Assembly: GCA_963727455.1 (NCBI GenBank)
Contig: CAVSGG010000009.1
Location: 192,001 to 256,000, forward strand
Reading direction: 5' to 3'
Source: Candidatus Krumholzibacteriota bacterium
GTDB taxonomy: Bacteria > Krumholzibacteriota > Krumholzibacteriia > JAJRXK01
DNA: 64,000 bases
The notes below the pieces were generated by a model. The model saw only the letters and a list, made by a program, of their open reading frames with translations, was not told the origin of the DNA and searched no databases. This document shows positions 20,179 through 29,033 of the stretch, piece after piece (position 1 is the stretch's first letter; each line of letters starts with the position of its first letter). The translations under genes were made by a program, and so were the position numbers.

Positions 20179-20612
20179 CTCAGAGAAAATTCAGTTCACT
20201 TGGAAGAACACCCCCCTGCCCGTTCATGCTCAAGTTGCGCTACCGGTGGGAGCCGATGCTCGATGAAGCGCACAGGGGGGTGAAGAAGGTGCGCGGGCCG
20301 TACCCAACTTGGAGACCTTTGATCATGAGGATTGGTCCCAGTACCTCATGAGGAATGCCAAGTGCATGCAGCGTGAATGAGAATCCTCGCCACGCCCTGC
20401 GAGTGCATTCTCGCTGAGATGAGCTGACGGCGCCCGTGTGTCAGCCTCATCTCCAATCGCCACAAAGCGGTCCGACCCGCACGTGGTCGTGAAAAATCTG
20501 GACCGCAGTTTCCGCAGGCGGCCGGGAGCGGTCGTCCCGGGGAACGGTTTTGCACCGCTTCCGTTACCAAGAGAATCCAATCTCCAGGGCGGCGCAATGA
20601 CTTCTCTAGAAT
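20146..20612 (-). ncRNA. Candidate large structured ncRNA or leader RNA (unassigned)
   Basis: No convincing ORF; a series of inverted repeats; minus-strand TAGAAT at 20619-20624 upstream and a terminator at the 3' end. Confidence 0.45.
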
Positions 20613-20668
20613 GGAATGATTCTACCCATTCGAGTTCGTAAAGACCCGAACAGCCTTTCGTAGCAGGC

Positions 20669-23470
20669 TCAACGCGGCAGACTGGGGGCCAGAAGAACCG
20701 CGTTCAACAGGAGACGCGTGGTTACCGGCCAGATGCCCCGGAAGCTGGGATCTTCGGCGAAAAGGACGACCCTGCCCTTCTCGTGCTCCTCACAGATGAG
20801 GTAGGGCGCCCCCGCAAGGGCCTGTACGGTCTCCGGCCAGGCGAAACCGGCGATCAGGGGCTCGTGTTCTGCGTAGTTGACCACCGTTTGCTCCTGCTCT
20901 CCCGCGCGCAGCTGGCGTCCCTGCTGCACGAGCGCACAGATGGGCCTGCTCAAGCCGTAGCACAGGAAGTGGTAGGGAGCCCTCTCCAGGCGGAAGATGG
21001 CGCCCGGGATGGAAGGAGGCGAATCGGAGGGCTTGCTGGCGGCATGGCGCGCCTCGGCGGAGCCCTCGACGGCGGGTGGAGAACTTGCGTCCTCTTCGTT
21101 CGGATAGGGACTAGTTTCCGCTTCGGGCTCCGCTTCCAAGGCCGGCGCGGACTCGTCCCCCTCTGGCTGGGCCCCATCTTCCAGCGAGGCGGACAACCAT
21201 CCCGGCAGGTCCATGAGGGCCTCACTGGCCCTGCCCAGCGCCACCAGGGTCCCTCCCTGGTCCACCCAGCTGCGCAGATCCGGCAAGAGCGGAGCGTGCT
21301 TCTGGAGGTCCGGAATGACGATCACGTCCACCTCACGCAGGCGCAGCTCATCCAGTTGGTCCAGGAGCACCGTCGAGCAGTCGACTCCCATGTGCTCCTG
21401 CAGGACCCACAGCACACTGCCCAGGCTGGTCGGGCGCACTCCCGGTCCACCGGCGACCACGATGCGCGGCTGACGCAAGCGCAGCACGGCATCGCTTCCC
21501 AGGGATGGTCCCTCATCACTCCATGCGCTGCTGACGGGAACGACTTCAACCCCCGTGTCGCGCGCGACTCTTTCGAGCAAGGAATCCAGCGCGAGGGTGG
21601 AGTCCTGGACCGAACGCTTGAGCACCAGGCTACCCGCGGGAAAGCTCTCTTCGCTCCGCTTGAATGCTTCGCGGGCGAGGTAGACTCTCGCGCCCTCGCG
21701 CCAGAGCGCGGCCAGCGCGGCACAACTCGCGTTGTCTCGATCGGGAATCAGGTAGCCGTAGGACGCTTTTGCGGGATCGAGCGCCGGGCTCGACGGTATC
21801 TTCTCTGTCTTCACGCGAACGCTGGCGACTTCCAGATTTTTCGCGCTGTAGTAGGTGGTCAAGCCAAAGGCGAGCGGGAGACTCCACGCCGTCACGTCGT
21901 AGAAACGATCGCGAAGTCCCGCGCGGTGGCGTTCGGTCTCATCTTTCAGAAAGCCCTCATCCATGGGCTGATCCCAGCCCAAGAGATTTTGCAGAAGCGG
22001 ATAGGCTGCCTGCCTGAGCACGATACGGTAGCTTCCCGCGGGGAACTCGTGCTTGTTTTCCTCGCCGCTCTCCTGAGTGGAAACTCTGGCCTCGAAGCCA
22101 CGCTCGCTTCGCAGGACCTGCACCCCTTGCATGCTCAGAAGGCGCGCCAGGCGCCGCGCCTCCGCCGGAGCCTGGCCGAGGTCGAAGAGAATCTCCTTCG
22201 CATCGGCCTTGTCCGCCCTGCGCAGGGCCTCGTCGCGGAAGCGGCGCGAATACTGGAGCAGTTCCCTGCTCTTGGCGGCGCTCGTCCGGCAGCTCGTCAG
22301 CGCCGCCAAAAAATGATGCTGAACCGCATCGCGGTAGCTGCGGATGGCTCCGCTGCCATCCTCGATCCGCAGTCCGTCCGAGCTACCCTGTTCGAAAGTC
22401 ATCCCGATTGCGCCCTGTAGACTGGGCCAGGAATCTCCGTAACCGGGGTAGAAGAGATCGAAGTGCTCGCGCACGAAGTAGTCCACTCCAGCCGCATCAA
22501 ATGCCTTCGCATTCGCTTTCCCGTAGAGTTCGAGCCAGGATTGCAGCTCCTGGGGAAGCAACGGATTGTGCGGCAAGGCCGAGGGCGGAAAAAAGTAGGT
22601 GGAGGACGATCGCATTTCGTGCAAATCCAAAAAGACCTGGGGGCGCCAGCTTAGGAAGGCGGCAACCCTCGCCCTGGTCTCGGGCTGCGTGAGAAAGGCC
22701 CAGTCGCGGTTGAGATCGAAGAAGTTGTGGTTGTAACGGCCAGTTGGCCAGAGCTGCGTGTGTTCGATGGCCTCGGGATGGGGATCGGGACCGCCGACCT
22801 GACGCGTGAACGATCGCAGGTGCTGCAAGAAGCGACGTCTTCCATCGGGGTTCTGGCAGAGGTCGATGAGAACCACGAGGTGTTCGAGCAGCTCCTGGGT
22901 CTGTTCGCTACGATCGGCCGCCAAGTGGTAAGCCAAGAACATGCCCGCGTCGCAGCCGCTGGCCTCGTCCCCGTGAATTCCGCAAGCAACCCACACCGCG
23001 GGCAAAGGCGCTTGCGCGCCGCTCGTCTGCGCCTTGACGCTCGCGGAGAAATCCAGTGCGGTCCGCGACTGCAACAGTCCCTCTTGATCCTTCGAAGCGC
23101 TGATCGCCAACAGGAGCAGAGGATCGCCTTCGACGCTGCGGCCGATCTCCTGCACACTCACCCGATCGCTCGCCTCGGCCAAGAGCCGCGCGTAGGCGAG
23201 AAGCTGCTGGACCGAGGCCGGCCTCTCCCCCAGCGGGTGCCCCAGGAGCGAAGCCGGCGTGGGGACGGCCGGATCGTAGTCCGCGTCCCGCACCCACTGG
23301 AGGGCGGGATCATCCCCGGTGGTAGCCGCTGCCGCTTCCGGGGCGCACAGTACGCCGATCAAGAGAAAGAGTCCGAGCAAGCCCAGGGAGGCCGGGCCGA
23401 GAATCGCTCTGCATTTCCAGAAGGAAGAACGCACCGCCACCTCTCCGCGTTCGAGCGCCTCAAACTCCAC
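20669..23470 (-). CDS. M14 zinc carboxypeptidase, exported, with C-terminal GATase-like domain
   Basis: IHGDE, NPDG, DLNRD, DLHEM, MTFEQ. Confidence 0.9.
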   Translation of the reverse strand: MEFEALERGEVAVRSSFWKCRAILGPASLGLLGLFLLIGVLCAPEAAAATTGDDPALQWVRDADYDPAVPTPASLLGHPLGERPASVQQLLAYARLLAEASDRVSVQEIGRSVEGDPLLLLAISASKDQEGLLQSRTALDFSASVKAQTSGAQAPLPAVWVACGIHGDEASGCDAGMFLAYHLAADRSEQTQELLEHLVVLIDLCQNPDGRRRFLQHLRSFTRQVGGPDPHPEAIEHTQLWPTGRYNHNFFDLNRDWAFLTQPETRARVAAFLSWRPQVFLDLHEMRSSSTYFFPPSALPHNPLLPQELQSWLELYGKANAKAFDAAGVDYFVREHFDLFYPGYGDSWPSLQGAIGMTFEQGSSDGLRIEDGSGAIRSYRDAVQHHFLAALTSCRTSAAKSRELLQYSRRFRDEALRRADKADAKEILFDLGQAPAEARRLARLLSMQGVQVLRSERGFEARVSTQESGEENKHEFPAGSYRIVLRQAAYPLLQNLLGWDQPMDEGFLKDETERHRAGLRDRFYDVTAWSLPLAFGLTTYYSAKNLEVASVRVKTEKIPSSPALDPAKASYGYLIPDRDNASCAALAALWREGARVYLAREAFKRSEESFPAGSLVLKRSVQDSTLALDSLLERVARDTGVEVVPVSSAWSDEGPSLGSDAVLRLRQPRIVVAGGPGVRPTSLGSVLWVLQEHMGVDCSTVLLDQLDELRLREVDVIVIPDLQKHAPLLPDLRSWVDQGGTLVALGRASEALMDLPGWLSASLEDGAQPEGDESAPALEAEPEAETSPYPNEEDASSPPAVEGSAEARHAASKPSDSPPSIPGAIFRLERAPYHFLCYGLSRPICALVQQGRQLRAGEQEQTVVNYAEHEPLIAGFAWPETVQALAGAPYLICEEHEKGRVVLFAEDPSFRGIWPVTTRLLLNAVLLAPSLPR

Positions 23471-24590
23471 GATCTCGGCCCGCGGCCCAGCTGCTCACGG
23501 CGCGAATCACTCGCTCCTGATCGCTGGACTTCATCCGCGCCGAGAAGGGCAAGGACACGACTCGCTGACACAGGGATTCCGTAACTGGAGTCGCGAGGGT
23601 CCGCGGGCAACGGTCTTTGAAAGCAGCCTGGATGTGCAAGGGATGAGGATAGTGCACCACGGTGGGGATGCCGCCTGCGTCGAGCTCCTGGATGAAACCG
23701 GCGCGCTGCTCGGCGCCTGCGAGCTGGATGGTGAACTGCGCCCAGGAGGAGCGGCAACCCTCGCGCGTTCGGGGGACTTCCACCGCTCCGTCCAGCGCTT
23801 CGCAGTAACGCTCCGCGATACGTTGGCGCATCTGGAGTTCATCGGGGAAGGCGCGGGCACGAACCAAGAGCGCGGCGCACTGCAGAGCATCGAGACGCGC
23901 GTTGGTGCCCAGTTCCTGGTGGAGGTGGTGCCCCACCTCCCCGTGCTGACGCAGTCGACGCAAAGTGTCGGCGAGTTCGCCATCCTCACAAAAGATCATC
24001 CCGCCGTCGCCCAAACCGCCCAGCGGTTTCGCCGGATAGAACGAGGTAAAAGCGGCGCGTCCGAAGGCGCCGCTCATACGGGTGGGGCTCTTCGCGCCGA
24101 GGCTCTGGCAGGCATCCTCCAGCAGCGCGATCCCGCGTTCCTCACAGAGTGCCTCCAATTCGGCCAGCCGCGCCGGATGCCCGAAGAGGCTCACCACCAC
24201 GACCGCTTTCACTCTGTCCGTGAGCGCCGCGCGGACCGCCTGCGGATCCATGGTGAAGGTCTCGGGCTCGACGTCCACGAAAACCGGGCTCGCTCCCGCG
24301 AGCAGCACCGCCTCGGCCGTGGCGGCGAAAGTGAAATCGGGCACCAGCACCTCGTCGCCGCGGCCGATTCCCAGAGCCATCAGTAGGAGTTGTTCGGCCA
24401 CGGTGCCCGAAGTGCAGGCCACGGCGTGCTTCACGCCAACGAACGCAGCCAGAGTTTCTTCGAGCTGCGCTACTTTGGCGCCCCCGATGAAGCGTCCGGA
24501 GTCCAGGACCTCCAGCAGAGCTTGGCGCAGTTCCTCTTTCTGCGGCGCCAGCATCGCCTGAAGATCCAGAAAGGGCAGTCGTGGTTCCAT
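23460..24590 (-). CDS. DegT/DnrJ/EryC1/StrS aminotransferase
   Basis: EDACQSLG, SFYPAKPLGGLGDGG, GTNARLD. Confidence 0.93.
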   Translation of the reverse strand: MEPRLPFLDLQAMLAPQKEELRQALLEVLDSGRFIGGAKVAQLEETLAAFVGVKHAVACTSGTVAEQLLLMALGIGRGDEVLVPDFTFAATAEAVLLAGASPVFVDVEPETFTMDPQAVRAALTDRVKAVVVVSLFGHPARLAELEALCEERGIALLEDACQSLGAKSPTRMSGAFGRAAFTSFYPAKPLGGLGDGGMIFCEDGELADTLRRLRQHGEVGHHLHQELGTNARLDALQCAALLVRARAFPDELQMRQRIAERYCEALDGAVEVPRTREGCRSSWAQFTIQLAGAEQRAGFIQELDAGGIPTVVHYPHPLHIQAAFKDRCPRTLATPVTESLCQRVVSLPFSARMKSSDQERVIRAVSSWAAGRDRGV

Positions 24591-24603
24591 GAACTTCGTA
24601 CTC

Positions 24604-25197
24604 TCAGTCTCGATTGCGTCCGGGTTGCCAGAGCACGTCCTTTTCGCCCTTGCCGTTGGCCATCCGCGAGGCAACGAAGAGATAATCGCTGAGCCGGTTC
24701 AGATACTTCAGAGCATGGGGATTGATCTGCTCCTTGCGGCTCAACGCGACCGTGTGCCTTTCGGCGCGCCGGCAGATGGTGCGCGCCAGATGGAGTCGCT
24801 GACTCAGAGCGGAACCACCGGGAAGCACGAAACTGTTCAGAGGAGAGAGTTCTTCGTTGGCGGCATCGATCAACTTCTCCAGGCGCTGCACCTGTTTTGC
24901 GACGATGCGCAGCGCCTCGTCCTCCGTGGAATCCGTTTCCTTCTTCTGAGTTCTTTGCGGGGTGGAGAGGTCGGCTCCGAGATCGAAAAGATCGTGCTGG
25001 ATGCCACACAGAGCATCGCGCGTGTCCGCGTCAGCGCTCTCGCAGGCGCCGATGCAGATGCCGATGGTGGCGTTCAGCTCGTCCACGCAACCGTAGGCCG
25101 CGATGCGTACGTCATCCTTGAAGACACGGCTGCCGTCGCTGAGCCCGGTCGATCCATCGTCGCCGCTACGCGTGTAGATTCGATTCAGTTTGACCAT
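24604..25197 (-). CDS. pduO: ATP:cob(I)alamin adenosyltransferase, PduO type
   Basis: IYTRSGDDGST, YGCVDELN, RTICRRAER, YLNRLSDYLF. Confidence 0.95.
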   Translation of the reverse strand: MVKLNRIYTRSGDDGSTGLSDGSRVFKDDVRIAAYGCVDELNATIGICIGACESADADTRDALCGIQHDLFDLGADLSTPQRTQKKETDSTEDEALRIVAKQVQRLEKLIDAANEELSPLNSFVLPGGSALSQRLHLARTICRRAERHTVALSRKEQINPHALKYLNRLSDYLFVASRMANGKGEKDVLWQPGRNRD

Positions 25198-25245
25198 GAC
25201 CCCAGTCTAGCCGCAGTCGTGTTCCGCGACCAGCATGGATGAGAT

Positions 25246-26238
25246 TCATCTGCCTCGCGCTTTGAGCAAGAGCACCAGGAAGAGCGGAGCGCCCACGATT
25301 GCGGTCAGCACACCCACCGGAAGCTCCGCTCCGCGGCCGGCCAGGGCGATGCTGCGGGTGATGGAGTCGGCCAGAACCAAGAATCCTCCCCCCAACAAAA
25401 ACGAGCCGGCCAAGAGACGCCGGTGCGCGGGACCCAGCACGCGGCGCGCGGCGTGCGGAGCCAAGAGTCCGACGAAACCAATGGGTCCGGTCACCGCCAC
25501 CACCACTGCGGTGAGGGCCGAAGCGGAGAGCAAACAGATGGTCTGACTGGATTCGACCTCGACGCCGCGGCTGCTGGCCAGTTCCTCGCCGAAGGCGAGT
25601 TGATCCAGCGCCCCCGCCTGCAGCGCCACCAGGAGGAGAGCGGGGAGCAGCACCACCGGCAGGGGTGCAAGCGAGCTCATGCCGCCCACCGCCAGGCCTC
25701 CCATCATCCAGTGGTCCATCGCGCGCAGCCGGAAGGGATCGCTCAGGAAGCGTAGGAGGAGAATCGCGGCTCCAAAGAAGAAATTGAGGGTGACGCCGGC
25801 CAAGAGAAGCTCGTTGGTGTCCAGGTTGCGCCCACGGCGCGAGAGCAGATAGAGCACTCCGACGTCGATCACCGCGAACACGAATGCGAAGAGCGTCACC
25901 GAGGAGAGCGGCCCGATGGCGAAGGCGAGACCGGGAACGCTCAGGGCGAGAAAGGCGCCCAGGGCGCCGGCGAAGGAGACTCCCAGGGTGTAGGGAGTGG
26001 CCAGGTCGTTGCGCAAGAGAGTCTGGAAGACAGCGCCCGCGACGGCGAGACTGCCTCCGGCCAAGAGCCCGAGCAGAATGCGGGGCGCGCGCAGGAGAAG
26101 AATCTGCGCCCGGGGACTGTGTACCCCGTGCAAGAAGTCGAAGAGAGCCCCGCGCACGTCGATCGAGGTGCTGCCCAGGAAGGGGGCGGTGACAAGAACC
26201 GCGAGACAGAAGAGCGCGAGCAGAAACATGCGCTTCAT
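25246..26238 (-). CDS. FecCD/BtuC-family ABC permease
   Basis: RAPRI, RNDLATPYTLGVS, GEELASSRGV, GPIGFVGL. Confidence 0.92.
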   Translation of the reverse strand: MKRMFLLALFCLAVLVTAPFLGSTSIDVRGALFDFLHGVHSPRAQILLLRAPRILLGLLAGGSLAVAGAVFQTLLRNDLATPYTLGVSFAGALGAFLALSVPGLAFAIGPLSSVTLFAFVFAVIDVGVLYLLSRRGRNLDTNELLLAGVTLNFFFGAAILLLRFLSDPFRLRAMDHWMMGGLAVGGMSSLAPLPVVLLPALLLVALQAGALDQLAFGEELASSRGVEVESSQTICLLSASALTAVVVAVTGPIGFVGLLAPHAARRVLGPAHRRLLAGSFLLGGGFLVLADSITRSIALAGRGAELPVGVLTAIVGAPLFLVLLLKARGR

Positions 26239-27029
26239 GGCTGGTCCTTCCCGCGCGGAATCGCCGGCAGTACCACGACCCTGTCGCCGGCCGGATGAGC
26301 GCCCACCCAGAGGCCATCACCGTAGACCTTCCGCAAAAGCGGGCCCTTCAGGACCTCGGCCGGATCCCCTTCGGCCACGCACTCCCCGCGGTGTAGCATC
26401 ACGACACGGCTGGCGAAGGCGGCCGCCAGATTCAAGTCGTGGGTGGCGCAGAGCACGGCGCGGCCCTCGCGAGCCAGGACATCGAGCAGAGTCATGAAAC
26501 GCACCTGATGGTGCAGATCCAGCGAAACGGTCGGCTCGTCCAGAAGCAGAAGATCCCCTCCCTGGGCCAGCGCCGCCGCCAGATGAACTCTCTGCCGTTC
26601 TCCACCGCTCAACTCCAAGAGCGTGCGTGAGGCGAGCGCGGTGATCTCGGTGCGCTGCATCGCCAGTTCCACCGCTTCGAGATCCGTGGCGCCGGGTCGA
26701 CCCCAGCTTCCCAGGTAGGGATAGCGTCCCAGGGCGACGGTCTCTCTCACCGTGTGGACGTGGATGCTCTCGACCTGTTGCGGAAGGAAGGCGATTTTGC
26801 GCGCGCGCTCGCGGCGCGAATAGTCGCTCAGTTCGCGAGCTTCCCATTCCACGCTCCCCTCTCCGGCGGGCAAAAGCCCGGCCGCCAGGCGCAGGAGCGT
26901 ACTCTTCCCGCTTCCGTTGGGGCCCAGGAGCATCACCAGCTCGCCGCGCTTCACTTCGAGCGAGAGCCGCGTGATCACACGCACTCCCTCGGAATAGGAG
27001 AAGCCGAGATTGCTCAGGCGAAGCGCCAT
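26235..27029 (-). CDS. ABC ATPase (BtuD/FecE-like)
   Basis: GPNGSGKST, LSGGERQR, LLLDEPT, HDLN. Confidence 0.95.
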   Translation of the reverse strand: MALRLSNLGFSYSEGVRVITRLSLEVKRGELVMLLGPNGSGKSTLLRLAAGLLPAGEGSVEWEARELSDYSRRERARKIAFLPQQVESIHVHTVRETVALGRYPYLGSWGRPGATDLEAVELAMQRTEITALASRTLLELSGGERQRVHLAAALAQGGDLLLLDEPTVSLDLHHQVRFMTLLDVLAREGRAVLCATHDLNLAAAFASRVVMLHRGECVAEGDPAEVLKGPLLRKVYGDGLWVGAHPAGDRVVVLPAIPRGKDQP

Positions 27030-27032
27030 GTT

Positions 27033-27971
27033 TCAGTTTCCTCGCGCTCTGATGATCGCGTCCTGGAAGTTCTGCGCGGTCTGGGCAATCCGCGGCCCGG
27101 GTATCAGAAGACCATCGAAGGTCACCAATTCGACGGGACAGGATACACCTCCTTCGTGCCAGATCGCCGCCAATTCATCGGCTCGCTTCTGGTTCCATTC
27201 TTCTTCGGGACGCAGCTCGAGGACGAGGTCGGGAGGACGGGCGAGCACGGATTCGAGGCTGGGTTCGAAGTACCCCAGGGGGGAATCGTCGTACAGCGGC
27301 TCGCCACCGGCCAGGCGAAGGAGTTCTCCCAAGAAGCTCTTGCTGCCAACCGTCCACAGTCGGTTCAAAGCAACCGGATCGTGCCCCAGGGAAAGGAGCA
27401 CCTCGGGCCGTGGTGAAGACTGAAAAATGGAATCGGCGCGAGCCTGGATGCGGTGCAGCTCTGCTTCCACTTTCGCGCGCAGGCGCTCGCCATCCGGTCT
27501 CACCCCTCCAGCCAAAATGGAGTCCATCGCACAGAAACCCTCGAGGATGGAGTCGAGCCCGCGGTCCATGTCCACTCGCGCCAGAGGGATGGAGTGCTCC
27601 TTCGCGAAGCGCGAGAGCACTCGGCTTCTGCCCTGCACCACCAAGAGATCGGGCGAGAGGGTGAGGATCCTTTCGAGTTTCGGATCGAGGGCCCCTCCCA
27701 CTTTGGGCAAGCCCAGAAGGGAAGGCGGCCACACGCAGTAGTCCGTGGTCGCCAGAATTTCGTTTCCGTAGCCCAGGGCATAGGCGGTCTCTTCGAGATT
27801 CGGCGCGAAGAGAATCACTCCTCGCCTCGTCTGGCGCTCCTGTGGGGACGCCGCAGCATTCTTCTCGCTCACAGTGGGCTGCGGCAAGGGCCCGGATTCA
27901 CTCAAAAGGTAAGACAGCGCGAATCCCGCGATCAGAACGAAGACCAGTGCAAGTGTGGTTTTGAGGCGCAC
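27033..27971 (-). CDS. Periplasmic binding protein (BtuF-like)
   Basis: TDYCVWP, LERILTLSPDL, PGPRI; operonic with pduO. Confidence 0.85.
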   Translation of the reverse strand: MRLKTTLALVFVLIAGFALSYLLSESGPLPQPTVSEKNAAASPQERQTRRGVILFAPNLEETAYALGYGNEILATTDYCVWPPSLLGLPKVGGALDPKLERILTLSPDLLVVQGRSRVLSRFAKEHSIPLARVDMDRGLDSILEGFCAMDSILAGGVRPDGERLRAKVEAELHRIQARADSIFQSSPRPEVLLSLGHDPVALNRLWTVGSKSFLGELLRLAGGEPLYDDSPLGYFEPSLESVLARPPDLVLELRPEEEWNQKRADELAAIWHEGGVSCPVELVTFDGLLIPGPRIAQTAQNFQDAIIRARGN

Positions 27972-28073
27972 TACTGCTTGAAGACCCCACGGAGTTGCGT
28001 GTTTCTCGACACCCAGTTTCCCTGATGGTAGGGTACCTCATTCCGCTCGGGAAGGCTTGGTGAGGAGAATTTC

Positions 28074-28991
28074 ATGACGCAGCCCAAAGTGCTACTAAAT
28101 CTGGGTCACGCCCTCATTGCGGCCGCCTGGGCCGATGGTGAGCTGAGCCACAAAGAGCTGCAGAGCCTCAAGGATCTGCTCTTCCACCTGCCGGGGCTCA
28201 GACCGGAACACTGGGCCGAACTCGAACGCCGCGCGGAAATCCCGGTGGAGGAAGCGGAGCGCGAACGGCTCATCGGCAATTTGAGTCAGAGCATCGCCAC
28301 GGAGGAGGACCGGCAGTTGGTGCTCGGCGCCATCGACCAGCTCCTGCGTACCGACCGTGAGTTCGGGCAACCCGAACGCGAGGTGATGGAGGAGATCCGT
28401 CGCGCGACCGAAGTGAACGACACGAGCGTCTGGCACGAGCTGAAACGCTTCCTCCAGGGACCTCTCCGTTTGCGCGCCAGCGCGCGGGGTGCCGAACTCC
28501 CCCAACAGCGCTTGAAGGAACTCAACCGCGCCATCCTGCGCGAAGTTTCCGACCGCATCGCCGAGGATGAACGAGAGCTGGATCTCTCCGAGCGTGAGCT
28601 CAAGCGCCTCTGCCTGGCCGGCGGACTCTTGGCCCACGTGGCCGAAGTGGATCGCCGCGTCGATGAAGGCGAACGGGGGGTCATGGTGGAGGCGCTGAAG
28701 GACGGCTGGGGACTGAGCGAGGCAGTGGCGCGAGCCGTGACCGAAGTCGTCCTCATTCACTCGGGCGACGATTTCGACCTCCACCACAGCCTGCGTGAGT
28801 TCTTTTCCCTCACCAGCGAGGCCGAACGTATTTCTTTCCTCGACGTACTCTTCGCGGTGGCGGCGGGCGACGGGCAGGTCAGTTTTCAGGAGCAGGAGGA
28901 GATCCGTCTCATCAGTATGGGCCTGAAGCTCTCCAACGTGCACTACATCGCCGCGAAAACGCGCGTGCCCGAAGACAAGCGCGAAGTGTGA
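28074..28991 (+). CDS. Tandem TerB-domain protein
   Basis: AWADGELSHKE, VAEVDRRVDEGE and AAGDGQVSFQE TerB-type motifs. Confidence 0.8.
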   Translation: MTQPKVLLNLGHALIAAAWADGELSHKELQSLKDLLFHLPGLRPEHWAELERRAEIPVEEAERERLIGNLSQSIATEEDRQLVLGAIDQLLRTDREFGQPEREVMEEIRRATEVNDTSVWHELKRFLQGPLRLRASARGAELPQQRLKELNRAILREVSDRIAEDERELDLSERELKRLCLAGGLLAHVAEVDRRVDEGERGVMVEALKDGWGLSEAVARAVTEVVLIHSGDDFDLHHSLREFFSLTSEAERISFLDVLFAVAAGDGQVSFQEQEEIRLISMGLKLSNVHYIAAKTRVPEDKREV

Positions 28992-29033
28992 AGCTCCTTG
29001 CAGGACAATGCTCGCCGAGAAGATTGAACTCGC

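Noticed and set aside
20242-20326. 28-aa minus-strand ORF MIKGLQVG.. inside the structured region
   Set aside because: No RBS and no recognisable features; it cannot be supported from sequence alone
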